Positions 24,536 through 37,560 of a DNA stretch of 64,000 bases are shown piece by piece. The notes beneath the pieces are model-generated. The model was not told the origin of the DNA and did not search any database. It was given only the letters and a program-made list of their open reading frames with translations. How positions within the stretch are numbered: position 1 is the stretch's first letter; the number at the start of each line of letters is the position of its first letter. Both the position numbers and the translations under genes were made by a program. The stretch is from Rhizaria sp. SCN 62-66. Its lineage: Eukaryota. The DNA lies in the NCBI GenBank assembly GCA_001724265.1, contig MEDY01000104.1, positions 1 to 64,000 of the forward strand, in the 5' to 3' direction.

Positions 24536-27500
24536 ATGTCTCAGGCGCCCTCCGCCTTTCGGCGCCCGGCGTATACGTCGTCATCGGCGGTCCGCACCGG
24601 TCCGCGTAACGGCCCCTCGCCGCCACCGCCTCCCGCGCGCTCGCCGTCCCCTCCCCCAGCCACCACAACAGCGTCATCGTCACCACCATCGTTCGCTGCC
24701 TCCTCTGCCGCCGCCGCACCGCCGCCGCCGCCGCCGGCAACCACACTGTCTGCAGCCGCCGCGTTCTTGGTGTTCTGCGCAGGCCTCTCGCGCGTTGCCG
24801 CCGCCGCCGCTGCTGCTGGCTCTGGTTACTCCAGCCGTAGCAGCCGTAGTAGCAGCAGCAGCAGCAGCAGCAGCTCCACTCGCGGCTCTAGCTCCAGCTC
24901 TGGCGCTGGGCGTGTCCGTGACGCCCCGTCGGCTTCTGCTGCCTCTGCGGGCGCTGCGGCGGCTGCTGGGGGGACGCTGTACCTGACTGTGGCGACTTCG
25001 GTGTTAGCCGCGGTGCTCGCTGCTGCTGCGTACGCCTTTGTTGTCCGCCGCCGCCGCAACTCCAGCACCAACACCGCTGCTGCTATGAAGGATAGCGGCA
25101 AGGGCGGCGCTCACAAGTCTTCTGACAAGAACGGCAACACCAACAGCAAGGGTGGGCACAACAACAACAACAGCAAGAGCAAGAACAGCAACAAGAACAA
25201 CAATAGTGGTAAGAACGGTAGCAGTATCTACCGCGACGACAACAACAACAACCCTGCTTCCGCCACTGCTCACACTGCTGCTGCTTCGTCGACTGCTGAT
25301 AACGACAGCAGCAGCAACGAAAGCTGCAGTTCTGGTCCAGTGCTGACTGCCGCTTCTGCTGTTAACAACAACAGCAGCAACAGCAGCACTCACACAGCTA
25401 AATCAAGTGTTAATGGCGTGGACAACAATGACAGCAACAGCAGCAGCAACGCCAACTCTGCGTTGCCGCCGCGTAACCCTCAGTCGCGTCCTCACAACAA
25501 CGCGCTGTCGCAGACGCAGCAAACTCAGTCTCAGTCGCATCAGCCTCACCGCAAACCGACGGACGACGACGCGGCCGCCGCCGTCGCCGCTGCCCAGGGC
25601 GCCCCTGTGTACCGCGGCAGCAAAGCCGCTGCTTCCGGCTTACCCCACGGCTGGGGGCGGCTTAACTTCCCCGACGGGTCCATCTACGCAGGCCCCTTTG
25701 CCCACGGTCGGTTCCACGGGCGCGGCGCTCTGGCGTACGCGCCGGCGGCGGACACACTAGGTTTGGGGGCTGCAGCGGCGCCGCGGCTGCAGAGCGCAGA
25801 GGCGGCGGCGGCGGCGCTGGTGGCGGCGTCCACGGGGGACTTAACACTCCTCTCAGCCGCCTCCGCTGCCGCTGCCGCTGCCGCCACTGCCGCGACTGCT
25901 ACTGCTACTGCTCCTGCTCCTGGCAAGTATACGATGCCTGGACCTGGGACTAGCCCTCGCAAGGACAGCAGCAACAACAACAGCAACGGTGACAGTGTTG
26001 ATGACGCCAGCGCCAGCGCCAGCGCGAGTGCGTGTGCGAGTGGACTGATTGGTGATGCTGTACCAGTCGCAGCTTTCCCCCTGCCGGTCCGGCTCTGGCT
26101 TTCTGCACTATCTGCACCCTTACAACAACAGCAGCAAGATCTAAGTACCTCTGGTGTAAGTACCTCAGGCGTAAGTACCTCTGGTCTAAGGGTGCAGCAT
26201 GTGGGTCTCTTTGCCCATGGGCACCGCCACGGCCCCGTCGCGCTCCGCTTTATAGTCAAGCCGCCTAATGTCACGAGTTCTGCCACGAGCGCCTCGCAGA
26301 CGCAGTCGTTGTCTTGTGGTGCATTTGAAGGTGAGTTTGTCAACAACAGGCTCAGTGGCCCCGGTTTGATCACGCTGCCGACAGCCCTGGCGCTGATGGT
26401 GACCCCTTCAGCTCCCGTCGCGACTGCTGCTGCTGCTTCTGCTGCTGCTCCCGCTGCGACAGCGCAAGCGCCGTTGCCCAAGGGTAAGGGTGGCAGCAAA
26501 GCCAGTAATGCTAACAACAAGAGCAACAACAACAACAACAAGAGTGGCAAGGGCACTGGTAGCAACGCTGCCTCTGCTTCTGATGACGCCACCGCCGCCA
26601 CTGCTGATGCTGCTGCTGCTGCAGCTGCGGAGGCGAATGCGAGTGCGGGTGCGCGATCAGGACTGGTCCTGGTCGCGCTGAGTGGAGAGTGGGAGAATGG
26701 CAAGCTCTCGGACGCCGGTCTGCGTCCTGTGTGGGGCGAGCTGCCCCATAGTAAGGAAGCGGGGGAGCGTCGCCGTGCTGAGCGGGGCCGCTCTGGTGCG
26801 GACGGCAGTGTGAGCCGCAGCCGCAGCCGCAGTGTTCGGCCGCAAAAACTCTGTCCAAATGTCGGCAACAGCAGCAGCCACAACGGCGGCAACATCGCTG
26901 CTGCTGTTGTTGCTGCGGGCGCTGCTGCTGCTGGTGACACTAACAACAACAGCAGCAGCAGCAGCAAGGATAGTAAAATCAGCCGCGGCAACAGCATCGC
27001 TGATTCGGCTGCAGCAGAGAGCAGCCACGGCGACAAGAACAGCAACAACAGGAGCAAAGATGACACTGCTGCTGCCGCTGCCGCCGTGACGGCGAGGGAT
27101 GACAAGCGTAACAACAGCAGCAGCGGCAGCAGCAGCAGCATCAGCAACATTGCCCCCGGCGACGAGGACGCGTGCTGTGACGATGATGACATCGACGACG
27201 ACGACATTTTCGCACTGCTAGAGTCTGACTCCGAGTGGGAAACAAACCATAGCACCGCAGGCAGTGTCTCTCACGGTCACTCCCACGGTCACCCCCAAGG
27301 TCACATGGATCGCTTGGAGAGCCACATCAACGGCAACGGCGGGAGTGATGAGGCCACACTTGGTGTCTCCTCCGCCTCATACAGCGACGGCGACGACGAC
27401 GCCGACGCTGCCGTGAGCAGCAGCAGCAGCAATCGGGCCCGGCGGCTTAACTTCCGCACGCGGCTTAACTTTGACCGCACGCAGCCGCTCACAGTCATCC

Positions 27501-30500
27501 CCTTGCCTGCGCCACTGCCGCCCCGTCCCCCGTCAACTTCCTCCTCCTCATCATCGTCGTCGTCGTCGTCAGATGCGCTGTCACCATCAACATCCCCTCA
27601 GCCTCAGCAACAACAGCAACAGCTGAAGCAGCAGCAGCAGAAGAAGCAGCAGCAGCAGCAGCAGCAGCGATCAGGCAGAGCGTCTGCGAGTCCTAATCTC
27701 TCCAGTTCAAACTCTCACAACGCTCACAACGCAAGCGCAGGCTCCAACTCTAGCACTGCTAGCGCTGGCACTGGCACTGCGGCGGCGGCGGCGGCGGCAG
27801 CGGGGGGCGTGCTGGCGTTGCTAGACTTCGTCATCACCCCGACGGCAACGGCGTCTCCGTCCCCCGCCCCGTCGCCCGCAGTCACCCCCACAGTCGCGGC
27901 CACCGCTAACGCCGCCGCCGCCGCCGCTGCTGCTGCTGCGCCTCAAGCTGGCGGTAGTCAGAGTGCGGGCGCGAAGAGCGGGAACAGTGCGGCGAATGAG
28001 GTCATGACGGACATTCCCGCGGCCACTGCCGCTCATGTCAACTCCTATTCCCACTCGACCGCGACCTCGATCAACAACAACAGCAGCAGCAGCAATAACA
28101 ATGGTAAGCAGCCGCGCGTTACCCGAAGGCCGCAGCCCTTGGTGTTGACCGCCCCCTCGCCTGCCCCGCCTCTCGTCACGGTCACTGGCGCGCCCGTTTC
28201 CACCTCCCCTGGATCGGCCTCCGTTGTGACCGCCGCCGCCTCTGCTGCCAATAACACTGCCGCTGCTGCGGGGGGGGCGGTGGCTGGTCTCTCGCCGACT
28301 CTCCTCGCTCCGGGTCTTTACTATGGGCACAACTACTACGACCCGAATAACCACCATGGTATTATGAGTAGCAGCAGCAGCAGCGGCGGCAATAGCGCGG
28401 CCGTGAGCGTGAGCGCGAGCCCCGCGTTCGGCCATAGTATGGGGGCGGGGGCGCCGGTGCCGATGCCCGTGCTGGTCGCGAGTCCTGTCGGCTTCGCCCC
28501 TCTGTCGCCCGCTGTGTCGGTGATCTCGGTCGCCTCCGCTGCCTCCTCCGCCGCCCACGTCCACGGCAGCAGCAGCAACAACAATAACAGCAACGGTAGT
28601 GGCCATAACAGTGCGAGAACCCGTCGTGAAGCTCCTCGTCCTCAGCGTCCCTCGTCCTCCCATCACCACACAGCGACCAACTCGACGAACTCGACGAACC
28701 CTCACAATGCTAATTTTGACGGCGGCTTAATTTCGCCCGTCTCGCCGCACGGTGTTGTCACCGCTACTATGGCGGGGGCGGGGGTGGGGGGCAATGGCAG
28801 CAGCGGCGGCGCTTCGGTTGCAAGCTCGGTCAACGGCGGCGGAGGCTCTGGCCTAGCTTCACCAGTCAACATTGCTCAAACGGCTGCTGCTGCTGGTGCT
28901 GCTGGTGGTTTCGCGTCCCCCTTTGCCCACCGTCACCCCGCGAACGGAGGGGCGCAGCCTGGCGGTGGCGGCGGCGGCAGCGGCGACGGCAGTCTCAGCA
29001 CGACCAGCACAAGCCTGAGCATGGGCCTGAGTGCAGTGGACTCAGCCGCCGATGACCACCCCGACAGTCACATCCAGCACAACAACAGCAACAACGGCGG
29101 CGTTGTTGGCGGCTTTGCGTGTTTCGAAGTCGAGGTCGGTGACGTCGACGTGAGCGGCAGCACCCTCGCTCCCTCGAACCCTCACGACAACGGCTACAGC
29201 GGCAACGGCAACGCTGTTCTGGGTGCGAACGGGGGGGGCGTGTCGCCAAGCACTCGGGCTGCGGCGGCGGCGGCACGCGCTCTGATGACCGCGCCTCCCT
29301 CTTTGCGATCGCCCCGTGTCCCTCGCACCGCCGCCACAGCCGCCGCCGCCGCTGCCTCCGCCGCCGCCGCCGCTGCTGCATCCGCGTCGTCCGCGTCGTC
29401 GGCCCATAGTAAGAAGGCAGGGGGGAGCGGCAAGCCTGCTGCGGTGAGCTTGAGCCCCGGGGTCGTGCCTAACTCATGGGACGACGAGTCTGTTCCGCAT
29501 AGCAACAACAACAGCGATCGGAGCAGTGTCCGGCAGAGTAGTGGCGGCGGGGACAGCGGCTACAACACCCCCAACACGTTTAGCAGCAGTGGCGCAGCAG
29601 GAAACGGAGCCAAAGCCGCCCAGCAGCAACAACAGCTGCATCAGCAGCAGCAGCAGAAGCAGTCTCGCATGTCTCAGCAGCAGCAGCACCGGGCGCAGGA
29701 GCAGTCGCATGAAGGAGGCAGCAGCAACACTGCCGCTGCACTGTATGACTACGGATACATTGCGACTGACTCGGAGTCCGATTCCACTGCTTTCTCGGCC
29801 AAAGACAGCGCTTTCGCTGCTGCCTCTGACACTGCGACGGCGACTGGCAAGACCGGCGCTGTCACTGGCGCGAGTGCGGGGACGAGCGGTGTGGCGGGAC
29901 AAGCCGCTCGCAGCAGCGGCGGCGGCGGTCGTGTCGGTGGTGGCGGCGGTGGCGGCCGCGGGTCGAGCTCAGTCTTCGCCTTCCCGGACCCTTTGCCTCC
30001 AACTCCCGCCGCCGCATCTGTCGCTCTGTCCACAACTGCTGGCACTATTAGTGCAGCTATGGTGAAGAACAGTTCAGCTGCAGTGGAGGCTACCGTAGCT
30101 AATAATAATAACAGCACCGCCGTGTCTGCTTCTTCTTCGGTCCCTGTCGCATCTGCGATTACCACGATCGCGAGCGATACTGCGAATTCACCTGCGACGG
30201 TGGCTGCGAGTAGCGGTGGCGTGATTGGTGGCTTGACTGGTGGCGTCACTGCTGCTGCTGCTGCTGGGACGGGGACAGGGACTGGCGGTTCTGCTCAGCT
30301 GCTACCGCCTGCTGGCCGCCCCCGCACCCGCGACAATCTCTCCGCCTCTGCCACCGCTGGCCCGGCTGGTGTCGCTGGCAATGCAGGCAATGCTGCGGCT
30401 TCGCTGAGCCGTGCTCCTCGCGGCGGAGACAGCACCAGTCGCCCCCGCAACAACAACAACAACAATAATAATAATAGCCACGGGGATGGCGACAACGTGG

Positions 30501-30976
30501 GCGACTTTGACTTCGACGAGGACGATTACGATGACGAGTCCGCTCCTCTCGATGACGCGGCGGCCCTTGCTGCTGACTCCGCGGCTGGCTCCCGCAACAC
30601 TTCCCGCCGCCGCCGCCGCCGCCGCCGCGTCCGCCGCAACAGCAGCGCCGCGCGCGCCCTCGCCGCGGCCAATGCAGCCGCCGTTTCCGACGCCCCCGCC
30701 GCCGCCGCCGCCGCCGTCGTTGCTCCTGGCTCTGGCGCAGGTTCGCTCTCAGGCACGGGCTCGGGCGCTGACTTCGACTCCGCCATCGCTGCCTCGAACG
30801 GCGTGCCGTATCCGAGCGTACACGCGCAAACAGTACAGCTGCAACAGGAGCATTGGCAGCATCATTTGCAGCTGCAGCAGCACTTGCAAGCGCAGGCACA
30901 TGCGCACAGCCGGAGGCTACAGGCGCAGGCGCAAGCTCATCCCTCCGTCGCTGCCGCCGTTGCCGCCGCAGCCGCC

Positions 30977-31018
<42 letters not shown>

Positions 31019-34000
31019 CAACAAATGCTCCAACAACAACAGCACATTTACCAACACCAACAGCAGCAGCAGATGCTACAGCAGCCTCCCCCTGTGCCCG
31101 CTCTCGTGCCGGTGCCGATGGTGCAGCCGCCCCTGCACATCTCCCCCGTCCCTCTACCGCTGCTACCGCTGCCGGCCGGTCCCCCGGGCCCGGACGCAGC
31201 CGCGCTCGCCGCAGCCTCCGCCTTCGGCGCCTGCTGGTTGCTGCTGCCGCTGGCGGCGCCACGCACGGAGGCCGACGGACGGACCCGCTTCGTGGACGTC
31301 CACGCCCTCCCCGCCCCCGCGCCCGCGCTGACCGGCCGCACCCTGGCGTTGGCGACGAGGTCCGCAGCCGCCGCGGGCTCCGCGGCCGCCGCGGCGGGCG
31401 TCTTCGCCTTGGCCGACGCGCGGGGCGCGCCTGTCATGTGCCAGTGCGTGGTGGACGAGGCTGGGGCCGTTATCGCGGTGGGCGTCTTGCCGGACATCGC
31501 CGCGGCGGCCGCGGCAGCGCATGTCAACGCTCCCGCGGCCACTGCCGCCGCCGCCTCTGCTTCTCCTGTTGCTGAGAACAGTGTCGATGGCGTTGAGACT
31601 GCTGTAGCGAGTGCGTCTGCGTCTGCGTCACGCGCTGTCAGCCCGTCCTCTGCTCCCATCGCCTCCTCCGCTGCTCCTGCTGCTAGTTCTGCTGCTACCG
31701 GGTCTGCGTCTCACGCGAATGCGCCTTCTGTTGCCACCGCTGCTGCTGCCACTGCTGCTGCTGCTGCTGCTCCTGTGGAACGAAACGCGGACGCAGGTGC
31801 TCGTCCGAGCGCGAGCGGTGTCGACGCCACTTCTCCCGTGAACGTCGGCGGTGCCAACGCTGGCGACTTGCTCTCTGAGATCGCCGCGTCTATGCATACA
31901 ACAACAACGGGCTCTGGCGATGCTGGTGCTGGCGAGAGCACCATCACCCCGAGTGCTGGCTCGGCGACTGAAGCTGAGGCTGAGGCTGAGGCCGAGTCCG
32001 AGGCTGAGGCCGCCGTTAGCGCGCGCGCAGCTGCTGCTGAGCAGCAACAACAGCAACAACAACAGCAGATGATGCTGGCTCAACAGCAGCAGCAACAGCA
32101 GCAGCAACAACAAGCGGTAGCAGTTCAGATGCAGCTTGCTCAGATCCAACAGCAAATGCAGCTTCAGCAGCAGCAGCAACAGCAACAGCAGCACCATATG
32201 CACATGCAACACGCGTATGCTCACGGTGGTGTCGCTGGCATGATGCCGCAACAGCAAATGCAGCAAATGCATCAAATGCAGATGCATCACCAAATGCAGC
32301 AGTTGGCGTATCTGCAACAACACGCGTATGTTCAGCAACAACAGCAGCTGAATTTGCCGCCGCCGCCGCATATGCAGCAGCAGCAGCAGCAACAGATGTT
32401 ACTTGCTCAACAGCAACAGCAACATATTATGTTGATGCAACAACAACCGCAGCAACAACAGCATATGCCGCCGCCGCCGCCGCCGCTGCCGCCGCTGCAG
32501 CAGCAGCATGGTTACACTGGGTCTCCTGCCCACGCGCACGCTCATGTGCAGTCTCACAGCCTCGCTCAACAGGCCCAGGCGCAGGCCCACGCGCTACTAC
32601 AGCAGCAACAGCATTTGATGTCCCAGCAGCAACAGCATCATCTCTCGCAGCAACAGCAGCAGCAGCAGCAGCAGCGGTCGCAGTCCCGTCCCCCCACGGC
32701 CTCGGGTCTCCCTCCGCATCAGCAGCAGTCGCCCCAGACGCTCACGCGGATCCTCAGCACCGGGAGCAACCACAGCGCCCACAGCGTTCCCCCGCCCCCC
32801 GTCATAGTAAACCCGCACGGTGGCAGCGCCGGCGCGGCGGCTGTGGCTGCAGGACTTACCCCGGTGTCGATGCACACCCACGCCTCGCCACACTCTCAGT
32901 CCCAGCCGCAGCAGCCGCAGTTGTTGCCGACGCTCAGTGCCACCGCAAGCGGGACCGGCTCCGCCAGCGCTAGCTATGATATCGCGGGCTCTTCTAGTAG
33001 TGGCGCGTCCCCAGCGGCAGCGGCGGCGACGGCGGCGACGGCGGCGACGGCCCGGCTACGGCCTCATAATCTGAGTACTGCGTCGTCAACTAGCGGCCTC
33101 ATCCCTACAATCAGCAACGCCAGCAGCATCAGCAGCAGCAGCAGCAGCAGCAGCAGTAACACTCACATTGCGAACAACAACAGCAACAACAGCAACAGCA
33201 ACATTGTGGCCAGTAGCAATGCAACGACGGCGACGGCGCCGGCTGTCTTTGTCCCTTCTGGCCTCACCCCTATGCCCTCCACCGCCAGCTCTGGCTCTAG
33301 CCCCGCTATTGGCGCTCTTACGGGCCCCAACGCCAGCGTAACCGTCACCGGCAGCGGCGGCGGCCCCGCTAATGCGAATTCTTCTTCCACCGCGACGGTC
33401 GGAAGTCGCGTGCCGCGCGGCTTAACCCCCGTCGCGTTGCCCAGCCGCACGAACACGAGCTACAGCGTCAGCAGCACGGCGAGCGGCACCGGCGGCGGCG
33501 GCGGTGGCGGCGGCAGCGGCAGCGGCGCGAAGCCGTCGTCGTCGCCCTCCGGTGCCAGCTCGCCGTCACCCTCACGCACGCCGACGAGCTACGGCTACCC
33601 GGGGGCGACGGTTGCGCTGAGCCCCGTGGCCGCGGCCTCGCTGAGTCCAGTGACGCACGCTCACGGTCACAGTCATGGCCATGGCCACGGCCATGGCCAC
33701 GGCCACGCTCCTAGTGGTCTCACGAGCGTTGCTGCCGTGGGCGCGAACCTCGCCAGCCACGCCAGCGCGCACGGCAATGCTAATGCTAATAGCAATGCGA
33801 GTGCGAGCGTGGGTGTCAATGCCAGTGGGAGTTCTATGGATGGCGCCACGCAATCGGCGACTGCCTCGCCCACTACTACTACAACAACGACAACGCCGAT
33901 TGACACGACTACTACTACAGCAGCAGCAGCGGCGGCAACGGCGGCAGCGGAGGCGGAGACCGCGCCTGTGACTGCAGGGACTGCAGGCGCTGGCCCCGCC

Positions 34001-35166
34001 AGTCGCGCTGCAGACCCGTCGTCGCCGTCGCCGTCAGCGTCCCCTCCGTCTCAGTCGCACTCTCTGCCGCACTCTCTGCCGCACTCTCTGTCGCAGCTGC
34101 TGACTGACTCGAGCTCTCCGGTCGCAGGCTCAACAAGCGCCAGCACAGGCACTGGCAATGTAAGTGGCAATGTAAGTGCGACTGTGGGCACACGCAGTGG
34201 TGGGCCTGTGCGTGGGCCTGGGCACAGGCTCGGCACCTCCCCGCACCCTAACCTCAAGCCCGTCGAGCCCCCCATCTCCGCCTCCGCCGCCGCCGCCGCC
34301 TCCGCCGCCCCCGTGCCTGTGCTTGCGCCCGTGATTGGCGTCGTGAGCGGGGCGATGGGGACGGGAATGGGCATTCCGGCGAGTGCGAGTGCCGGAAGCA
34401 GCGCTGCGCCGGCGTCTGTGCCAGTGATGCCGACTGCGCCCGCGGGCGCTGCCATTGCGACTGCGGCACACGGTGTTGGGCCTGTTCTGGGCGTCAGTGG
34501 TCCTGGCTATGCGCAAATGCATCCGCAGTATCACCACCACCCGCATCTCCAGCCGCAGCTTTCGCAGCAGCAGCAGATGATGGTGTCGCCGCCCCATAGG
34601 CAGCTGCAGCCGCACCCATACGCTCCCCCCCATCAGCAGCACTCTAGCTCCGCTGCTCACGGTCACTCCGCTGCTCACGGTCACCCTGGAATGACCCCGA
34701 TGCCTGTGCCAATGCCACCGCAACAGCAGCAACAGCAACAACAGCACATGCAGCAGCCTCACTTGCAGCCACACCCTCATCACCCGTCACAACCCTTCCA
34801 TCCGATGCAACTGCAACAACAGCAGCAGCAGCAGCAGCCATACGCATATGCGCATTTATTCCCTGCCAACGCCCCCGCGAACAACGCCGCTCCCGCCGGT
34901 CAGTCTACTGCGCCGGCGCCGGCGCCTGTGACTCTGACTGGAACTGGGTCTGGGTCTATGGCGTCCGCGTCGTCCTCGTCCTTGCACGCGCCGCCAGTGC
35001 TGCCGAGCTCTGCCACGCTCGGCAGCAACAGCAACAGCGGCGGCGGCGGCGGCATGGGTGTGCCATTGGTGCCTTATCCGCGCTCTGGCGGCCCCATGCC
35101 AGTGCCTCCACAGGCGCAGGCGCAGTCACCGAGTCATAGTCTTCAGGGCCAGGGGCAGGGACAGGG

Positions 35167-35199
<33 letters not shown>

Positions 35200-37529
35200 T
35201 GGGCGGCAGGTGCCTCAGGGCCCCTCGTCCAACGCCGCCGCCGCCGCGACTGCGGGCGCCGCTCAGTTCAACAGCAGCCCGAACCACACCAGCGCCCACA
35301 ACAGCGCCGCTAACGGGGTGAGAAAGGTGCCGATGCTGCCGCAGTCCCGCTCGCACTCGCAGACGCACGCTGAGGGCGGGGGGCAAAAACACCCGCATCA
35401 CCCGCAGATGCTGCTGCAGCAACACCCGCATACGATGCAACAACAACAGCAACAACAGCAGCAGTCGCCGCAGCCGCATGTTCCTCGGTAGATGAATCAG
35501 CCCCATCTTACCCACCATGATAGCAACGACAGCAACGGCGGCGGCAATCACCACCACCACCACCACAACAACAGCAGCATCAACAACAGCATCAACGGGG
35601 GCAGTAACAGTTATATCATGTATCCTAGCATGGTTGGTTGCGCGAACGTGGGTCCTGTCGCCGCCCCTGTCCCGCCGCCGCTGCCTGCGACGCCTCCTGT
35701 CGCACACTCGTCCTCGGTCTCCGTCGCGTCGTGCGACCACGGACCCCCGGCCTCCTTACTATGCGCTGCCAACCCCGCTGACCAGGGCGCCACGACGATT
35801 CCCACTGCGGCGACTGGCAAGTCCCCCGTCGTTGAGTTCCTCTTGGCTGAGTCCGAGTGTATCAACGACAACGTCAACAGCTACGGTGACTTTGCCTCTT
35901 CGAATAGCTACAGTCAGAGCGCCGCCACTGCGTCGAAGCATTGCCACGCTGACGCCGCATGTGCCTGTGTTGAGAACACCGCTGCCCTCGATGCTAATAC
36001 TGCTGTTGCTGGCGTTGCGAATCGTGGTTTCGACGCGCAGTCAGACGCCTCCGGCGTTCAGATGGCCGCTCTGATGGGGCCGGGTGCAAGTGCTGACGAT
36101 CTCGACGAAGACGACTACGCCGCCCACAACTCCCGCTATCACAACAACAACAACAACAACAACACATTACACACTAACAGCGGTGTCGCTGGTGCTGTTG
36201 GCTGTGGAGACGCCTGCGCTTGCGGCTGCGAAAACTGCGAATTCGAAGGCGCGAACGCTCTCGCCGCGAGCGCCGATGCCGCCTCCACCGCCGCCGCTGC
36301 TGCTATGACCTGCGGCGGCGCTGTCACCGCAGCTCTTGGTGTTGGTCTTGGTGGCGGTGCGGGCGGCGTCAATGCGGCTGGCGGCACTGGCGCCTCTTCC
36401 GGACACCACAAGCGAGGGGGGTCATACTCTCTCGTTTCCATGTCGTCCGCTTCTACTCCGACAGCGGCTGCCGACGCTAAGTGCAACAGCCACGGTCACA
36501 GGGCGGGTGTAGACAGGAATGGTAACGTTGCGGCTGCTGTTGCTGACGCGATTGCGGCGCAAAACTACAATCTACGTGCGCTAGACCAGCAACAGCAAAT
36601 GCAGCAGCAACAGCAGCAGCTGCAGCTACAGGCGCCGAATGGGAGCATGCTGCCCCCTGCCCACCGCCACAGCTTCAGTCTAGTCTCTACCCACACCAGC
36701 AGCAGCAGCAGCAGCAGCGCTAATAACAACAACTTGAGCGCGAGTACGAATGCCGCAGCACAAGCTCTACTGCTCCAGGCTCAAGCTCATCTCCAACAAC
36801 AACACCAGCTGCAGCAGCAGTACTATGGTGTGGCTGGACAAAGCTCTCAGTCGCGCCCGCCGTCGCGTGTCCTGTCCCGTTCAGAGTCACCGTCAATGTA
36901 CAGTCTCACTCTGCAGCCGCCTTCTCACAGCCACAGTCACTCTCACGGTCAGATTCAGACGCAGACTCTGGCGCACGGTCAAGGTAACGCCCACGGCCAT
37001 TCTGCTGCTGCTGCTGCTGCTGCTGCTGCGGTATCATCCCCAGCCAACGGCAACTACAACTCCAACTACTACTACGCATTCTATGGAAATAACAGCCATA
37101 GCTACAATCAAGCTACTCCAGCTGCTCCTGCTGCTGCTACGGTTGACTCCTACGCTCATGTCAACGCTGCCAACGGTGGTATTGCTGGATCGAACAGCAC
37201 TGGTAGTGCTACGTCTGCGACCGCCGCTGCTGCGCATGTGGCCCCTGCTGCTGCGAGACTGACCTCGGCTTCGTCGCCCTCGTCGCCAGCCCTGGCGCCG
37301 GTGACCGCCCCCGCGCCCCACCGGTTCCCGCCGTCGTCGGCTCTGCCGTCGGGACTGATCCCGCTTGCGCTGCCGCCGGCGACGGCGGCGTCGTCCGCGC
37401 ACGGCCACGGCTACGGCCGATCCCCGTCTCCTTACTATCATCAACATCAGCAGCAACAACAGCAGCAGCAACAACAGCAGCAGCGTGGTTATGACGCGAT
37501 GGGCTCCTCGCGTCCCCAATCTCGCCAAC

Positions 37530-37560
<31 letters not shown>
